A DNA stretch of 5,418 nucleotides from Candidatus Wukongarchaeum yapensis (GTDB lineage Archaea > Asgardarchaeota > Wukongarchaeia > Wukongarchaeales > Wukongarchaeaceae), in contig JAEOSI010000161.1 in NCBI GenBank assembly GCA_016840425.1, positions 1 through 5,418 of the forward strand. Reading direction: 5' to 3'. Of the stretch, positions 5,299 through 5,418 are shown piece by piece (position 1 is the stretch's first letter; each line of letters begins with the position of its first letter). The position numbers and the translations under genes are program-made. The notes beneath the pieces were generated by a model. It ran no database searches and had not been told where the DNA came from. It saw only the letters and a list, made by a program, of their open reading frames with translations.

Positions 5299-5316
5299 GT
5301 TAAACCTATTGCAAAA
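5299..5316 (+). promoter_or_regulatory. Recurrent intergenic 18-bp motif, copy 5 (GTTAAACCTATTGCAAAA)
   Basis: 17/18 identical to the consensus, 75 nt upstream of the beta-propeller gene start. Confidence 0.5.
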
Positions 5317-5418
5317 CTTGTTTAGTTTTAAGCTTTTTTATAGTTTTTGCGATCTCACCAGTCCTTTTCCAACCTTTTGATTTTTGGCTTTCAGAGGTTA
5401 TAAGCGCTCACAAACCCC

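Overview
Archaeal chromosomal window, AT-rich. It carries RNA-maturation housekeeping genes: trmJ (partial, absent from the ORF track), rnp4/Rpp21, nep1 and tRNA-Gly(TCC). It also has a COG1237-like MBL-fold hydrolase and a secreted, C-terminally membrane-anchored protein with seven ~50-aa repeats (probable 7-bladed beta-propeller). The main non-obvious element is a 199-bp non-autonomous IS200/IS605-family (IS1341/TnpB-type) mini-element at 3738-3936, which encodes no protein. It keeps both terminal hairpins with matching guide/cleavage tetranucleotides, a TTTAA target motif, a TATA-like promoter, and the tnpB 3' end/omega(re)RNA scaffold. It looks like a stand-alone TnpB guide-RNA cassette. 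It inserted into the last codons of the beta-propeller gene, and removing it in silico restores a stop 4 codons later. A separate 18-bp motif (GTTAAACC-N5-YAAMA) occurs five times, only in intergenic DNA. All calls come from reading the sequence by eye; no searches were run.
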